From the NCBI GenBank assembly GCA_963737155.1, contig CAVTRN010000001.1, positions 576,001-640,000 of the forward strand: a stretch of 64,000 bases of DNA. Reading direction: 5' to 3'. Positions 9,866 through 20,719 of the stretch are shown piece by piece (position 1 is the stretch's first letter; every line of letters begins with the position of its first letter). The DNA is from Nitrospirota bacterium (GTDB taxonomy: Bacteria > Nitrospirota > UBA9217). The position numbers and the translations under genes are program-made. The notes below the pieces were generated by a model that ran no database searches, was not told the DNA's origin, and was given only the letters and a program-made list of their open reading frames with translations.

Positions 9866-10677
9866 ATGCGGTATTGCCCGATCCGGTCTTCAAACAGCTC
9901 CGGGACTTCATCTACGAGAAGAGCGGCATTTTCATAACGGATGCCAAAAAATACCTAGTAGAGAAGAAACTGGCGACGCGGCTTCAGGAAAAGAACCTGA
10001 GCAGCTACGACGACTACCTTCGCCTGCTCAAATTCGGCGGTGCTGGCGACGAATTGATGAAGTTGTTCGACGCTATCACGACCAATGAAACTTATTTTTT
10101 CCGGGAGCCGCAGCAGCTGCAGGTCTGTGTTGACAACGTCGTGCCTCAGATTCTGGACCAAAAGAAAACCAAGGATATAAAGATATGGTCCGCAGCATGC
10201 TCCACCGGGGAAGAGGCATATACACTAATCATGATGCTCATGGAGAAGCACATCTGCAGCCGCATCGAAGTGGTTGCATCTGACATCAGCAATGAAGTGC
10301 TGGAATCCGCGAAAAAGGCAGTCTACGGCTCCTACTCCATGAGAAACGTTCAGGAACCGTACCTGAAAAAGTATTTCAGGAGCAACGGCTGGACCCACGA
10401 GCTGGATACGGTCGTGAAAAGTATCGTCCGGTTCATGAACATCAATCTCATCGACCCCGGCAAGATGCGGACCATCCAGAGCGTTGATGTGATTTTCTGC
10501 CGGAACGTGCTAATTTATTTCGATGACAAAGCAAAGCAGAAGGCCGTTTCGATGCTATTCGACAGTCTGAGGCCTGGCGGCTTTCTATTCATCGGCTCGT
10601 CGGAAAGTCTCCACAACGTTACGCGGGCCTTTAAGCCCGTTGTATTCAACAAAGTTGTGGCCTATCAAAGGGTGTGA
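9859..10677 (+). CDS. cheR: Chemotaxis methyltransferase CheR
   Basis: ITTNETYFFRE, IWSAACSTGEEAY and DVIFCRNVLIYFD motifs. Confidence 0.96.
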   Translation: MLNAVLPDPVFKQLRDFIYEKSGIFITDAKKYLVEKKLATRLQEKNLSSYDDYLRLLKFGGAGDELMKLFDAITTNETYFFREPQQLQVCVDNVVPQILDQKKTKDIKIWSAACSTGEEAYTLIMMLMEKHICSRIEVVASDISNEVLESAKKAVYGSYSMRNVQEPYLKKYFRSNGWTHELDTVVKSIVRFMNINLIDPGKMRTIQSVDVIFCRNVLIYFDDKAKQKAVSMLFDSLRPGGFLFIGSSESLHNVTRAFKPVVFNKVVAYQRV

Positions 10678-10680
10678 CAT

Positions 10681-11079
10681 ATGAAAATACTGATCGTGGA
10701 TGACGATTCAACCACTCGCAAGCTCCTTGGCCTCTATCTCAGGGCCAAAGGGTACGAAGTCGCCTACGCCGAAAACGGCCTAGACGGCATCGAGAAGCTG
10801 GGATCGGAGAATCCAAACCTGATCATCTCCGACCTCAACATGCCCTATATGGACGGGATTGAGTTCGTCAAGAACGTACGCGCTGATCAGATCCATAAGG
10901 AAATCCCGATCCTGATGATCACCACCGAGGCTGATCCCGAGGAGCGGGAGCGAGCCCTGTCCGTCGGTGTCAACGGCTATCTGGTCAAGCCCGTAACAGC
11001 CGAAGGAGTTACTCAGAATATCCGACATATTTTGAAGAATATGTTTACACAAGGAGGAAATTCCCATGCCCGATTATAA
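10681..11079 (+). CDS. Single-domain response regulator (CheY-like)
   Basis: Receiver domain only: IVDD, SDLNMP, MITTE, YLVKP. Confidence 0.9.
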   Translation: MKILIVDDDSTTRKLLGLYLRAKGYEVAYAENGLDGIEKLGSENPNLIISDLNMPYMDGIEFVKNVRADQIHKEIPILMITTEADPEERERALSVGVNGYLVKPVTAEGVTQNIRHILKNMFTQGGNSHARL

Positions 11080-11458
11080 GATGAAAATTATGGTGGTCGA
11101 TGACTTTTCGACGATGCGACGCATCGTAAAGAATGTTTTGAAGCAGCTAGGGTTTGAAAACATCGAGGAAGCCGAGGACGGGGCCCAGGCCTTCGCGAAA
11201 TTGAAGACTGGCGGCTTTGGTTTCATGGTCTCTGACTGGAATATGCCGAACATGGACGGGCTCGACCTCCTGAAAGCCGTGCGGAAGGACCCTGATCTGA
11301 AGAGCCTGCCGATCCTCATGGTCACTGCCGAGGCCGAAAAGCACAAAGTCGTTACGGCAATACAGGCCGGTGTCAATAATTATGTGGTGAAACCGTTCAC
11401 CGTGGAAGTCTTCAAGGAAAAAATGGACCGTGTATTCGAAAAACTGGGGAAACTGTAA
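11066..11458 (+). CDS. cheY: Chemotaxis response regulator CheY
   Basis: [30 protein letters not shown] and YVVKPFT, very similar to enteric CheY. Confidence 0.95.
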   Translation: MPDYKMKIMVVDDFSTMRRIVKNVLKQLGFENIEEAEDGAQAFAKLKTGGFGFMVSDWNMPNMDGLDLLKAVRKDPDLKSLPILMVTAEAEKHKVVTAIQAGVNNYVVKPFTVEVFKEKMDRVFEKLGKL

Positions 11459-11546
11459 CGGCCAGAAACGCATGACAAAGCGATAGCTGTAATCGACGCC
11501 ACATCGTATTCGGCTCCGTCGCCACACAATAGAACAGGGAGGCAAC

Positions 11547-13310
11547 ATGCCCGATGAAATGGAAGAAATAATAGCCGAATTCGTGACTGAATCTGAGGAA
11601 ACCTTGGACAAGGTCGACCCGCTCTTCGTCGAACTCGAGAACAAGGGAGACGACAAGGACATTTTAGACAGGCTGTTCCGAAGCGTTCACACGATCAAGG
11701 GGGCCGCCGGCTTTTTGGGATTCCAGTCCATGGTTGACGTGTCGCACAATGCCGAGAGCATCATGAAGAAGCTCAGGGACGGCGAGATCAAGGTCTCCCG
11801 CCCGCTCATGGACGTGGTCCTGAAGAGCGTGGACATGCTTAGGCTGCTCCTCAGGCATGTCAAGGACAAGGATGGGAAGCAGGAAAACGCGGCCCCCCTC
11901 GTACAGGAGCTTCAGCAGGCACTCGAAGCCGCGCTGTCCGCAAAGCCGGTAAATCTCGGCGCAGGGCAGGATGCAAGCGCCGCCGCTGAAGCCAACATCA
12001 AAATTCTCGAACCGCAGTCCGCGCAGACCGCTCCCGTTGACACAACAGTGCCGTCACCGGTCGCCATAACCCCCGACTCGCCGCTGGAAAAAACAGCGCC
12101 TGAGAAGCAGGAGTCGCTCCAAACCCTCCGCGTGGAGGTAAACAAGATCGACAAGGTCATGGACCTTACCGGCGAGATGGTGCTCGTGCGGAACAGGCTC
12201 CTGAACATTGTGAACGGCCTTGAGCATCGGTACAACGACGACCACGATGTCCAGAGCCTCATCGAAGCGACGTCATTCCTGGACCTAATTACCTCGGACA
12301 TGCAGCTCGGCGTCATGAAAATGAGAATGCAACCCATCGCCAAGGTGTTCAGCAAGTTCCCGCGTCTCGTGCGAGACATCTCCAGTCCCCTTGGCAAAGC
12401 TGTGAACCTCAAGGTGTTCGGTGAGGACACGGAAGTCGACAAGTCGGTGATCGAGCAGATCGGCGATCCCATGGTCCATATCATCCGGAACGCCGTGGAC
12501 CATGGCCTCGAGACGCCGGTCGACCGGCGCGCCAAGGGAAAACCGGAAGCGGGCACCATCACGATCAGCGCATCACAAAAGGGCAGCCAGATCGTGATCG
12601 AAGTGTCCGACGATGGCCGGGGCATCAACATCGACCGGGTGAAGACCAAAGCGCTCGAGAAAAAACTCATCACCGAAGAGGAAGCGGTGCGGATGACTGA
12701 TGAAGCGGCGGTCAACCTCATCTTCCTTCCCGGCTTCTCGACCGCCGAAGTTGCGACCGAGCTGTCAGGCAGAGGCGTGGGCATGGATGTGGTAAAGACA
12801 AACATTTCCAAGCTAAATGGAAGTGTCGAGATCACCACTGCCAAGGAGAGGGGCAGCACTTTCACGATACGAATCCCGCTTACGCTGGCCATCATCCAGA
12901 CCCTGATGGTGCGCAATGGCAAAGCGCGGTATGCAATTCCGCTCGCCCCGGTCGAAGAGACCCTCACGGTCACTGAAAAGGACATTTCCGACATGGGTGG
13001 CTCCGAGGCACTGATCATCAGGGGCAAGGTCTATCCGCTCTTCACGCTCTCCGGCCTGCTCGGCCTAGCTGCTGGGGACAACGGAGTCAGCTGCCGATAT
13101 GCAGTCGTCGTGGCCATCGGCGATAAAAGATTCTGCATCGGCGTTGATGAGCTGCTGGGTCAGGAGGAAGTGGTGATCAAAACTGTTTCGGGCATCAATA
13201 CCTGCTCCTCCTATATTCTCGGTGCGACAATCACCGGCGATGGCAAGGTAGTGTTCATTCTCGACTTGGCCGCAATATCAAAGAGCGCTTTTAGTCTTGT
13301 GACTGCCTAA
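11547..13310 (+). CDS. cheA: Chemotaxis histidine kinase CheA lacking the P2 domain
   Basis: Hpt FRSVHTIKG, then HIIRNAVDHG and SGRGVGMDVV, with a C-terminal CheW domain; only a Pro/Ala linker between P1 and P3. Confidence 0.97.
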   Translation: MPDEMEEIIAEFVTESEETLDKVDPLFVELENKGDDKDILDRLFRSVHTIKGAAGFLGFQSMVDVSHNAESIMKKLRDGEIKVSRPLMDVVLKSVDMLRLLLRHVKDKDGKQENAAPLVQELQQALEAALSAKPVNLGAGQDASAAAEANIKILEPQSAQTAPVDTTVPSPVAITPDSPLEKTAPEKQESLQTLRVEVNKIDKVMDLTGEMVLVRNRLLNIVNGLEHRYNDDHDVQSLIEATSFLDLITSDMQLGVMKMRMQPIAKVFSKFPRLVRDISSPLGKAVNLKVFGEDTEVDKSVIEQIGDPMVHIIRNAVDHGLETPVDRRAKGKPEAGTITISASQKGSQIVIEVSDDGRGINIDRVKTKALEKKLITEEEAVRMTDEAAVNLIFLPGFSTAEVATELSGRGVGMDVVKTNISKLNGSVEITTAKERGSTFTIRIPLTLAIIQTLMVRNGKARYAIPLAPVEETLTVTEKDISDMGGSEALIIRGKVYPLFTLSGLLGLAAGDNGVSCRYAVVVAIGDKRFCIGVDELLGQEEVVIKTVSGINTCSSYILGATITGDGKVVFILDLAAISKSAFSLVTA

Positions 13311-13324
13311 TCAAGGAGGTTCAT

Positions 13325-14524
13325 GTGCAACAGTATATCGGTTTTCGTCTCAATACCGGTGAATACGGTATTCCGATCACCCGGGTGCGTGAAATCATCA
13401 ATCTGCCCGACATCACCAAGATACCACAGTCTCCATCCTATCTGAGCGGGATAACGAACCTGCGAGGCAGCGTCATTCCCGTCGTTGACCTCAAGGAACT
13501 TATCCATGTCGCTTCGTCCGAACGGGGCGGGACGAAAATCATCGTCATCGCGAGCGGCAGGATAACCTTCGGGCTCCTGGTAGACGGCATCACCGGCGTT
13601 TTGAGCATCGATGAGACCACCATTGAATCCGCGGAAAACCTTCCCCAGGGCCACACGGAGCAGATCGAGGGTGTGGCGAAGCTTGAAGGACGGCTCATCG
13701 TTCTCCTTGATGTCAAGAAGCTGATACCGCTGGACGACATGAGCCTTCTCGAAGACTATGGTCTTGAAAGCAGATCCGAGATGGAAAACGGCACCGTCGA
13801 GGTAACAAGGGCAATACAGACCATGGGCGGCGAAGTGCAGATTCGGGAGATCCTCGAGGCAAAGACCTGTTTTGAAAAGACTAAGAATATCAGCCCCGAT
13901 GACCCGCGTCAGGCGATCCTTGAAGATATCATGTCGTTCATGACGGCGATTTCGGATCGTAATTATGAAAACGCCGATACCGCAATCCAGAATATCGTAA
14001 AGCTGGGACAGGGCGACCTGTTCAAGGAAGTGGGAAAGGTCACGAGAAAGCTGCATGATTCCGTCAGGAGCTTCAAGGAAGCGGTGGATCCGCGACTGAA
14101 GGACATAACCCAGGCGGAAATACCAAACGCCATGGACAAGCTGCAGTTCGTGATAGACAGGACCGAGGAAGCGGCGAACAAGACAATGAGCGTCGTGGAA
14201 AAATACCTTCTTACCCTAGATGATCTTTCTACCCACATCCGGCAGATTCAGGGACCGCCTGAAACGGTCACATTCCTGAAACAGTTCAAGAACGGCCTGG
14301 AAGACGACTTGACGGAGATCCTGACAACCCAGTCTTTCCAGGACCTGACGGGCCAGACGATAAAAAAAGTTATTACGCTGGTGGCTGACATCGAAGCAGA
14401 GCTCGTGCGGCTGGTCACCTCCTTCGGCGTCAAAATCGAAACCGGAACGAATGAGCTGGCAATGGTGGCGGAGAAGGTTTCCCAGTCCGATGTGGACAAC
14501 CTGCTGAAGGACCTTGGATTTTAG
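13325..14524 (+). CDS. CheW-CheZ fusion protein
   Basis: aa 1 to about 138 CheW (GITNLRGSVIPVVDL); C-terminal CheZ with FQDLTGQTIKKV and the SQSDVDNLLKDLGF tail; GTG start after AAGGAGG. Confidence 0.88.
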   Translation: MQQYIGFRLNTGEYGIPITRVREIINLPDITKIPQSPSYLSGITNLRGSVIPVVDLKELIHVASSERGGTKIIVIASGRITFGLLVDGITGVLSIDETTIESAENLPQGHTEQIEGVAKLEGRLIVLLDVKKLIPLDDMSLLEDYGLESRSEMENGTVEVTRAIQTMGGEVQIREILEAKTCFEKTKNISPDDPRQAILEDIMSFMTAISDRNYENADTAIQNIVKLGQGDLFKEVGKVTRKLHDSVRSFKEAVDPRLKDITQAEIPNAMDKLQFVIDRTEEAANKTMSVVEKYLLTLDDLSTHIRQIQGPPETVTFLKQFKNGLEDDLTEILTTQSFQDLTGQTIKKVITLVADIEAELVRLVTSFGVKIETGTNELAMVAEKVSQSDVDNLLKDLGF

Positions 14525-14578
14525 CGTGGAAGCATCTGCTTTTTCAAAAAACCGACAGATTTCAAAGGAGAAAACAAC

Positions 14579-14986
14579 ATGGCACTTATCACATGGAACG
14601 ACAATTTGAGCGTCAAGGTCACGGAATTCGATGAGCAGCACAAAAAGCTGATCGGCTTGGTTAATGATCTGCACTCGGCCATGGGCGCGGGCAAAAGCAG
14701 GGAGATCATGGGTTCAGTCTTGACTTCCCTGATCGACTATACGGTAAGCCACTTTGACGCGGAAGAGAAACTCATGCAGAAGCACGGTTATCCCGGTTTT
14801 GTGATGCACAAGGCCGAGCATAATGCGCTCACAAAGCAGGTCTCCGACACCATGGCCCAATTCAAGGAAGGCAAGACTGTTGTTACAATCGAGCTCATGA
14901 CCTTTCTCAAGGACTGGCTGACGAAGCACATCCAGGGCACTGATAAACGATACGGGCCTTTCCTGAACAGCAAGAACATACAGTAG
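14579..14986 (+). CDS. Bacteriohemerythrin
   Basis: Complete di-iron ligand set EQH, HFDAEE, HKAEH and HIQGTD. Confidence 0.93.
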   Translation: MALITWNDNLSVKVTEFDEQHKKLIGLVNDLHSAMGAGKSREIMGSVLTSLIDYTVSHFDAEEKLMQKHGYPGFVMHKAEHNALTKQVSDTMAQFKEGKTVVTIELMTFLKDWLTKHIQGTDKRYGPFLNSKNIQ

Positions 14987-15030
14987 AGCCAATGGTAGAC
15001 TCAGGGTGCGCTGCAGAATAGGAAACCAAC

Positions 15031-16086
15031 ATGACGGTAAAAGTACTCATTGTAGACGACTCGGCGTTCATGCGCAACGTTATGACAAGTATGCTGTCTT
15101 CGGACGCTGAAATCAAGGTGATCGGAACAGCACGTGACGGCGTGGAGGCTGTAGAAAAAACAGCGCAGCTGAAACCTGATGTGGTCACGATGGACGTCGA
15201 AATGCCGCGCATGGACGGCATTGAGGCGCTCAGGCTCATCATGGACAAGACGCCGGTCCCCGTCATCATGGTCAGCTCACTCACCACCGAGGGGACGCAG
15301 GTGACGCTGGACGCGCTGGAATACGGCGCCGCGGACTTCATCCCCAAAAACCTGTCTGAGCTTTCGATCAACATCGTCAAGATCAAGGCCATGCTGATCG
15401 ACAAGGTCAAGCAAATCGCGCGGAGCAATAAGGTCCGGAAGCCCTATCGCAGGCCCTCCTCCGCCCATCCTGTTCCGCCGGTACGGATCGCCCCTGCGCT
15501 GTCGACGGGCTCGCGCCGCGTCAGCCTGGTTGCCATCGGCACCTCCACAGGCGGACCGCGGGCGATCCAGGAAATCATTCCCCATCTGCCCAAGGATTTT
15601 CCAGTGCCGGTCGTGATTGTCCAACACATGCCACCGAACTTTACGGGGCCTTTTGCGGAGCGGCTGAATCAGCTATCCCAGATTACGGTCAAGGAGGCGC
15701 AAGAAGGAGAATCGCTCAAGGCGGGCGTGGCTCTCGTAGCCCCGGGCCGCGGCCATATGCGCCTGACCCGTCCTAGGGGAATCGATACGGTGGTGTCCAT
15801 CGAGGAACACCACGAAGAGTTCATCTACCGACCCTCCGTCGACTTCCTCATGGCTTCGGTAGCGGAGCTGTTCCCGGGAAGAGCACTCGGTGTGATCCTG
15901 ACCGGCATGGGCAATGACGGCGTCAAAGGTCTCACAGCGCTCAAAAAGAGCGGCGGCAGAATTTTCGCGCAGAATGAGGATACATGCGTGGTCTATGGCA
16001 TGCCCCGCGCCGTTGTGGATGCAGGAATCGCCGATAAGGTACTGGCAATCGAGGAAATGGCGGGCGAGATCATTAATGCTGTTTGA
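15031..16086 (+). CDS. cheB: Chemotaxis methylesterase CheB
   Basis: Receiver domain plus GTSTGGP, VQHMPP and LTGMGNDG catalytic motifs. Confidence 0.97.
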   Translation: MTVKVLIVDDSAFMRNVMTSMLSSDAEIKVIGTARDGVEAVEKTAQLKPDVVTMDVEMPRMDGIEALRLIMDKTPVPVIMVSSLTTEGTQVTLDALEYGAADFIPKNLSELSINIVKIKAMLIDKVKQIARSNKVRKPYRRPSSAHPVPPVRIAPALSTGSRRVSLVAIGTSTGGPRAIQEIIPHLPKDFPVPVVIVQHMPPNFTGPFAERLNQLSQITVKEAQEGESLKAGVALVAPGRGHMRLTRPRGIDTVVSIEEHHEEFIYRPSVDFLMASVAELFPGRALGVILTGMGNDGVKGLTALKKSGGRIFAQNEDTCVVYGMPRAVVDAGIADKVLAIEEMAGEIINAV

Positions 16087-16151
16087 CGAAAAGTTCAGTC
16101 CTCATCTCAGGAGCAGAGTCGTAACATAGGCTTCGTCGCCAAGGCAACTTT

Positions 16152-16167
16152 TGGCAGAATCCTTGCA
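16152..16167 (+). promoter_or_regulatory. Sigma-54 promoter upstream of the MCP-cheW genes
   Basis: TGGCAG-AATCC-TTGCA (-24/-12). Confidence 0.55.
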
Positions 16168-16450
16168 ACAATAAGAGTAAGTGATTAATGAGATGCAACA
16201 CGTGGAGGACATTTCGCGCAGATAAAATATATAGTCTTTTTCTTGGGTCATAGTGGTATCTGATCGGGAGAAAGCACGGCGCTGTGAGAAAACGATGTCA
16301 GCAGCAAATCATACCTGTCTCAAATGAAAGGAAAATTTTTCTTGTAGCATGCAATGTTTTCCTCTTGAACCCGAGTGCGGCGTGGTGAACGTTTTTTCTG
16401 ATTGACGGATGCGCGCCAGCACCAGCCCGAACACCAAGGAGGTTTTAAAA

Positions 16451-18046
16451 ATGAGAATTTCATTATCAAAAAAACTATACGGTTCCGTAGGCATCGTTCT
16501 TGTAGCGCTGGTTATTGTTTCAGGGATGTCCTTTCTTACCCAGCGCTCCCTCATGGCGGGATATGCGACCCTGGCAGACGAGGATGGCGCTCAGATGCAG
16601 GCGAGCACCAATGCGGCGAATGAGCTCGGACTTGCCGAGACGGCTTACAAGAACTTTCTCATTCGGGGCGATGAAAAATATATCCCGGAATTCAGGGATG
16701 ATGTAAAACGGGTTAAGGACGGGATCGATCTGTTCCAGGCCCTGTCCAAGAGCGAAGAAGAGCGCACCGCATACAATAATGCCAGAGCGGCTTTCGCTCC
16801 CTACGAGAAGTCCATTGATCCGCTGATTGAGGCACGCAAGAAGAGCAAAGACGTGGAGTTAATCGACAAATCCTTCCAAGGTGTGGCCGTTCAGCTTCGC
16901 CAGGCACTGGAAGATATGAGCAATCTCGCCGAAGCAAACTATGATGGAAAAAAGGTACAGTTCAATATTAACGCTTCACGATTAAACATCATCCAGGTCG
17001 TGATTACGGTCATAGCAATTATCGCGGGCCTGATCGTGAGCACCCTTATCATAAAAAACATCCTCAAATCGATGATCGCGGCCAAAGCCGCGGCGGAATC
17101 GGCAGCAACAGGGGATTTGTCCCACGAACTTACCATAACATCGGATGACGAGGTCGGGGATCTGATGAAGAGTTACAACACAATGATTACAAACCTCAGA
17201 CGCATCGTGGGCGAAATAAATACGACTACGAGCGCCCTCGCGAGCAGCTCCGAGGAGCTTTCGGCCACTGCCGATGATATGAACAAAGGCACCCAGGAGT
17301 TGTCCTCCCAAACGGACCAGGTAGTGACCGCGATGACCGAGGTGTCCCAGACCATTATGGACATGGCCAAAAACGCCTCGCACGCGGCCGATGCCAGCAA
17401 AGGCGCTTCGCAAACGGCTGCAAAAGGCAAGGGAATAGTCAATACGACCGCGGAGGACATGATCGGGATCGCTAGGACGGTCGGAGAAGCCGCAGGCACC
17501 ATCGAAGAGCTCGGAAGGAGTTCGGCACAGATCGGCGAGATTGTGTCGGTCATCAATGGCATCGCGGACCAGACGAACCTCCTTGCCCTGAACGCGGCCA
17601 TCGAGGCGGCTCGGGCAGGCGAACAGGGACGAGGGTTTGCCGTAGTCGCCGATGAGGTACGGAAGCTCGCGGAGCGGACAGGCCAGGCAACAAAGGACAT
17701 TGCCCAGCGCATAGAAGCAATTCAGCAAGCGGCCAGTGAATCCGTAGACGCCATGAAAAAGGGAAGCGACGAAGTGGATAGAGGTGTAGCTCTGGCCAAG
17801 GAAGCAAGCCAGTCCCTCGATTCCATAGTGACCACATCATCGAGCGCGATGGACATGGTTCAGAGGATCGCGGCTGCCACGGAACAGCAATCGGCCGCAT
17901 CGGAAGAAGTGACCCAGAACATGGAAAATATATCTAGCATTACCAAGCAATCCTCGTCGTCAACGGAGCAGATCAAGGTATCGGCAACCGAACTTGCGCG
18001 GCTGGCAGCGGGCTTGAAGGAGATGACGGTCTGGTTCAAGGTATGA
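16451..18046 (+). CDS. Methyl-accepting chemotaxis protein (2 TM, periplasmic helical sensor, HAMP)
   Basis: [37 protein letters not shown]; ATG 16451 after AAGGAGG. Confidence 0.96.
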   Translation: MRISLSKKLYGSVGIVLVALVIVSGMSFLTQRSLMAGYATLADEDGAQMQASTNAANELGLAETAYKNFLIRGDEKYIPEFRDDVKRVKDGIDLFQALSKSEEERTAYNNARAAFAPYEKSIDPLIEARKKSKDVELIDKSFQGVAVQLRQALEDMSNLAEANYDGKKVQFNINASRLNIIQVVITVIAIIAGLIVSTLIIKNILKSMIAAKAAAESAATGDLSHELTITSDDEVGDLMKSYNTMITNLRRIVGEINTTTSALASSSEELSATADDMNKGTQELSSQTDQVVTAMTEVSQTIMDMAKNASHAADASKGASQTAAKGKGIVNTTAEDMIGIARTVGEAAGTIEELGRSSAQIGEIVSVINGIADQTNLLALNAAIEAARAGEQGRGFAVVADEVRKLAERTGQATKDIAQRIEAIQQAASESVDAMKKGSDEVDRGVALAKEASQSLDSIVTTSSSAMDMVQRIAAATEQQSAASEEVTQNMENISSITKQSSSSTEQIKVSATELARLAAGLKEMTVWFKV

Positions 18047-18109
18047 CACCAAACCGCTGCTTGCGGCGAATGATATTGGGAAGAAGGATTATTATCAAAA
18101 GGAGAGTCT

Positions 18110-18592
18110 ATGGCTACAGCCTCTGTCCATATGGAAATGCTTCAGCTTGTCACCTTTAAGCTGGCCGGTCAGAAGTACGCGGTAAATATCCTGAAGGTTC
18201 AGGAAATCAACAACATGAAGGAGATCACTTCCATCCCGAATGCGCCCTCCTATCTTGAAGGCGCCGTCAACCTCAGGGGCAAGGTGATCCCCGTCCTCAA
18301 TCTGAGAAAAAAGTTTGGATTCGCGGAAAAGGCCGCGGATGAACTCAGCAAAATCGTCATCATGGATGTCCGGGGAGTCATCATGGGGCTCATGGTGGAC
18401 GCCGTATCGGACGTCCTGAGGATCCCCCGGGATCTGGTGGAACCACCGCCGCCAGTATCTTCGAATGTAAGCACTGAATTTATTTCCAGCATCGCCAAGC
18501 TGGAGGAAGGACTTGTGATCCTGCTTGACATGGACCGGCTACTCGACGAGGAAGAGCACAGAGCGGTATTCGGAGAGAACAGGGTTGCCTGA
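18110..18592 (+). CDS. cheW: Stand-alone CheW
   Basis: QLVTF and GAVNLRGKVIPVLNLR motifs. Confidence 0.95.
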   Translation: MATASVHMEMLQLVTFKLAGQKYAVNILKVQEINNMKEITSIPNAPSYLEGAVNLRGKVIPVLNLRKKFGFAEKAADELSKIVIMDVRGVIMGLMVDAVSDVLRIPRDLVEPPPPVSSNVSTEFISSIAKLEEGLVILLDMDRLLDEEEHRAVFGENRVA

Positions 18593-18679
18593 TCCCTGTT
18601 TTGTACAAAACAGACAAAGTATTGGTATGCTTTTCAGATCAGCGATCATCTTGGAAAATCATGTTTAGGTGGTAATCTT

Positions 18680-19056
18680 ATGAAGATCGGTTCACAATTC
18701 AGGATATTTCTGGGGGTATTCGCTTTATTAGCGACCGCCCATGCTTTTGCCGCTTTCTTTATACCGAATTGGAGCGGCTGTCTGCCATAATCAATAATTG
18801 CACGGAATGTGTCACGTCCGGCGATCTGGTGACCGAAATGCGCTATACGTCAGATAATAAGCTCAGAACGATGGTCACGAGCAACGTCATGCTGGTATCG
18901 CTGAACGACATGCTTCCGTCCATAATCGAATCAGCAGGTAAAGTCGTTGCAAACGTCGGGAAAGGGATCTGTGGTTGCGTGGTGATGCAACAGCGAAGCA
19001 TCCGCGCCATGGAACGGCGTCAGAAAGCTTTTCAAAAGGAGAAATATCATGTTTAA
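18680..19056 (+). pseudogene. Frameshifted membrane-protein fragment, possibly an MCP N-terminus
   Basis: ATG 18680 gives MKIGSQFRIFLGVFALLATAHAFAAF (TM-like); a frameshift near 18762 joins ELERLSAIINN..., and no signalling domain follows. Confidence 0.4.
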
Positions 19057-20719
19057 ATCATTCATTTACAATTTGAATCTGAGAAAGAAAGTCTATTTGA
19101 TTTTCGGCATCATTATCGTGGCAACGACCATCGGGATCGCTGTCGGGGTGACTGCCTTTTCGAGGGTTCAAGTAGGCGGAAAGGCATATGGCATGATCGA
19201 GGAGAACATGCTCGTTGCCGATAATATTGCGAAAATGCGTGCAAATGTCGCCTTCATTCGGATGTCACTTCTCACCATGATCATCGACACCACCGAAGGC
19301 AGGCAGACGTCTCTGGGCAATGACATCGAAGCCCTGTCCGCAAGACTGGATGAGCTCTTCGGTATCGTCGATACCCAGCTCAAAGAATCAGGCCATCCGG
19401 AAGCGACCGAGAATATAACGAGTGCCCGCGATGCCTGGGTCGCGTTCAAGAACCTCCAGAACACACAATTGATCCCTGCGATTCACGCTGGGAAGATGAA
19501 AGATGCGATGGCTGTTGCTAGCGCTATGGGCGCGCAATATGATGTTTTTTCGAACGAGACAAAAAAAGTGATCGATCAGGTCCGTACGGGCGTTTCCCCC
19601 ATGGTCGCGGCTATGAAGCGGGAATCAAGCATCGTGATATTGTTGTTTATCATAGGGGGCGCCGCGTTCGTTGCTTTTTATATCGTCGTGGCCGTCTTTT
19701 TCATCAAAACGCTCATTACACCCATCGTGATGGTGTCGGAGCGCTCCGCCCAGATGGCGACCGGGAACTTTTCCCATGCCGATATGCAAGCCCAAGGCAA
19801 GGATGAAATCGGCGTTATGCTCACCAACTTTTCGACTATGTCGTCCAAGCTCGGAGGAACCGCGACGCATCTTCAATCCAATATTGTACAGCTTACCTCA
19901 TCTTCAGAGCAGCTGTGGGCCACGGCGGAGAGCCTGGTCAGCGGCGCGACGAACGAGTCTGAGCAGGCCAGGGCAGTTTCCACGGCAACGCTCCAGATGT
20001 CGCAGACCGTCGGCGACGTGGCGCAGAATGCCGCCCAGGCCTCGGACGCTGCAAAGCAGTCATCACACAAGGCCGTTGACGGCAAAAAGGTCGTGGAAAA
20101 CACTGTCGAACGCCTGGCCGCAATTACGACCGCGGTCCAGGAAGCCATGCAGACAATCGAAGGGCTCAGCAGGAGCTCAGCCCAGATCGGGGAGATCGTG
20201 AACCTCATACATACGATTGCCGATCAGACCAATCTGCTCGCATTGAACGCGGCAATCGAAGCTGCCCGCGCCGGCGATCAGGGCCGTGGGTTCGCCGTGG
20301 TGGCCGATGAAGTCCGGAAACTGGCGGACCGTACAACGAGCGCAACCAAGGATATCGAGCAAAAGATAGCTACAATCCAGACTGACGCTGAAAAATCGCT
20401 CATTTCTATCAGAAACGGCAATGCAGAAGTCGACAAGGGCATGATCCTCGCGCGCTCCGCCAGCCAGTCCCTCGATGATATCGTGCAGTCCTCGAGTCAA
20501 GTTATGGATATGATCGCACGGATCGCGACCGCTACGGAAGAGCAGTCCGCCACGTCCGAAGATATTACCAAAAATATGAACACAATATCGGAAGTGATCG
20601 AAAATTCAACGCAATCAGCAAACCAAGTACAGCAGGCCGCCCATACCCTTACAAAGCTCTCCGCCGAAATCCAGGATCAGATGTCCTGGTTCAAGACGAA
20701 TGGAAGTACTGGGGCATAG
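19049..20719 (+). CDS. Methyl-accepting chemotaxis protein
   Basis: 2 TM, HAMP and the [20 protein letters not shown] hairpin tip. Confidence 0.96.
   Translation: MFKSFIYNLNLRKKVYLIFGIIIVATTIGIAVGVTAFSRVQVGGKAYGMIEENMLVADNIAKMRANVAFIRMSLLTMIIDTTEGRQTSLGNDIEALSARLDELFGIVDTQLKESGHPEATENITSARDAWVAFKNLQNTQLIPAIHAGKMKDAMAVASAMGAQYDVFSNETKKVIDQVRTGVSPMVAAMKRESSIVILLFIIGGAAFVAFYIVVAVFFIKTLITPIVMVSERSAQMATGNFSHADMQAQGKDEIGVMLTNFSTMSSKLGGTATHLQSNIVQLTSSSEQLWATAESLVSGATNESEQARAVSTATLQMSQTVGDVAQNAAQASDAAKQSSHKAVDGKKVVENTVERLAAITTAVQEAMQTIEGLSRSSAQIGEIVNLIHTIADQTNLLALNAAIEAARAGDQGRGFAVVADEVRKLADRTTSATKDIEQKIATIQTDAEKSLISIRNGNAEVDKGMILARSASQSLDDIVQSSSQVMDMIARIATATEEQSATSEDITKNMNTISEVIENSTQSANQVQQAAHTLTKLSAEIQDQMSWFKTNGSTGA

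Noticed and set aside
11912-13027. Long antisense ORFs (also 45144-46262, 40267-41085, 7315-8106)
   Set aside because: They are shadows of GC-rich coding strands, with no motifs or RBS.
18615-18645. Sigma54 or sigma28 promoter before the broken ORF
   Set aside because: It lacks the -12 GC, and the sigma28 match is too degenerate.
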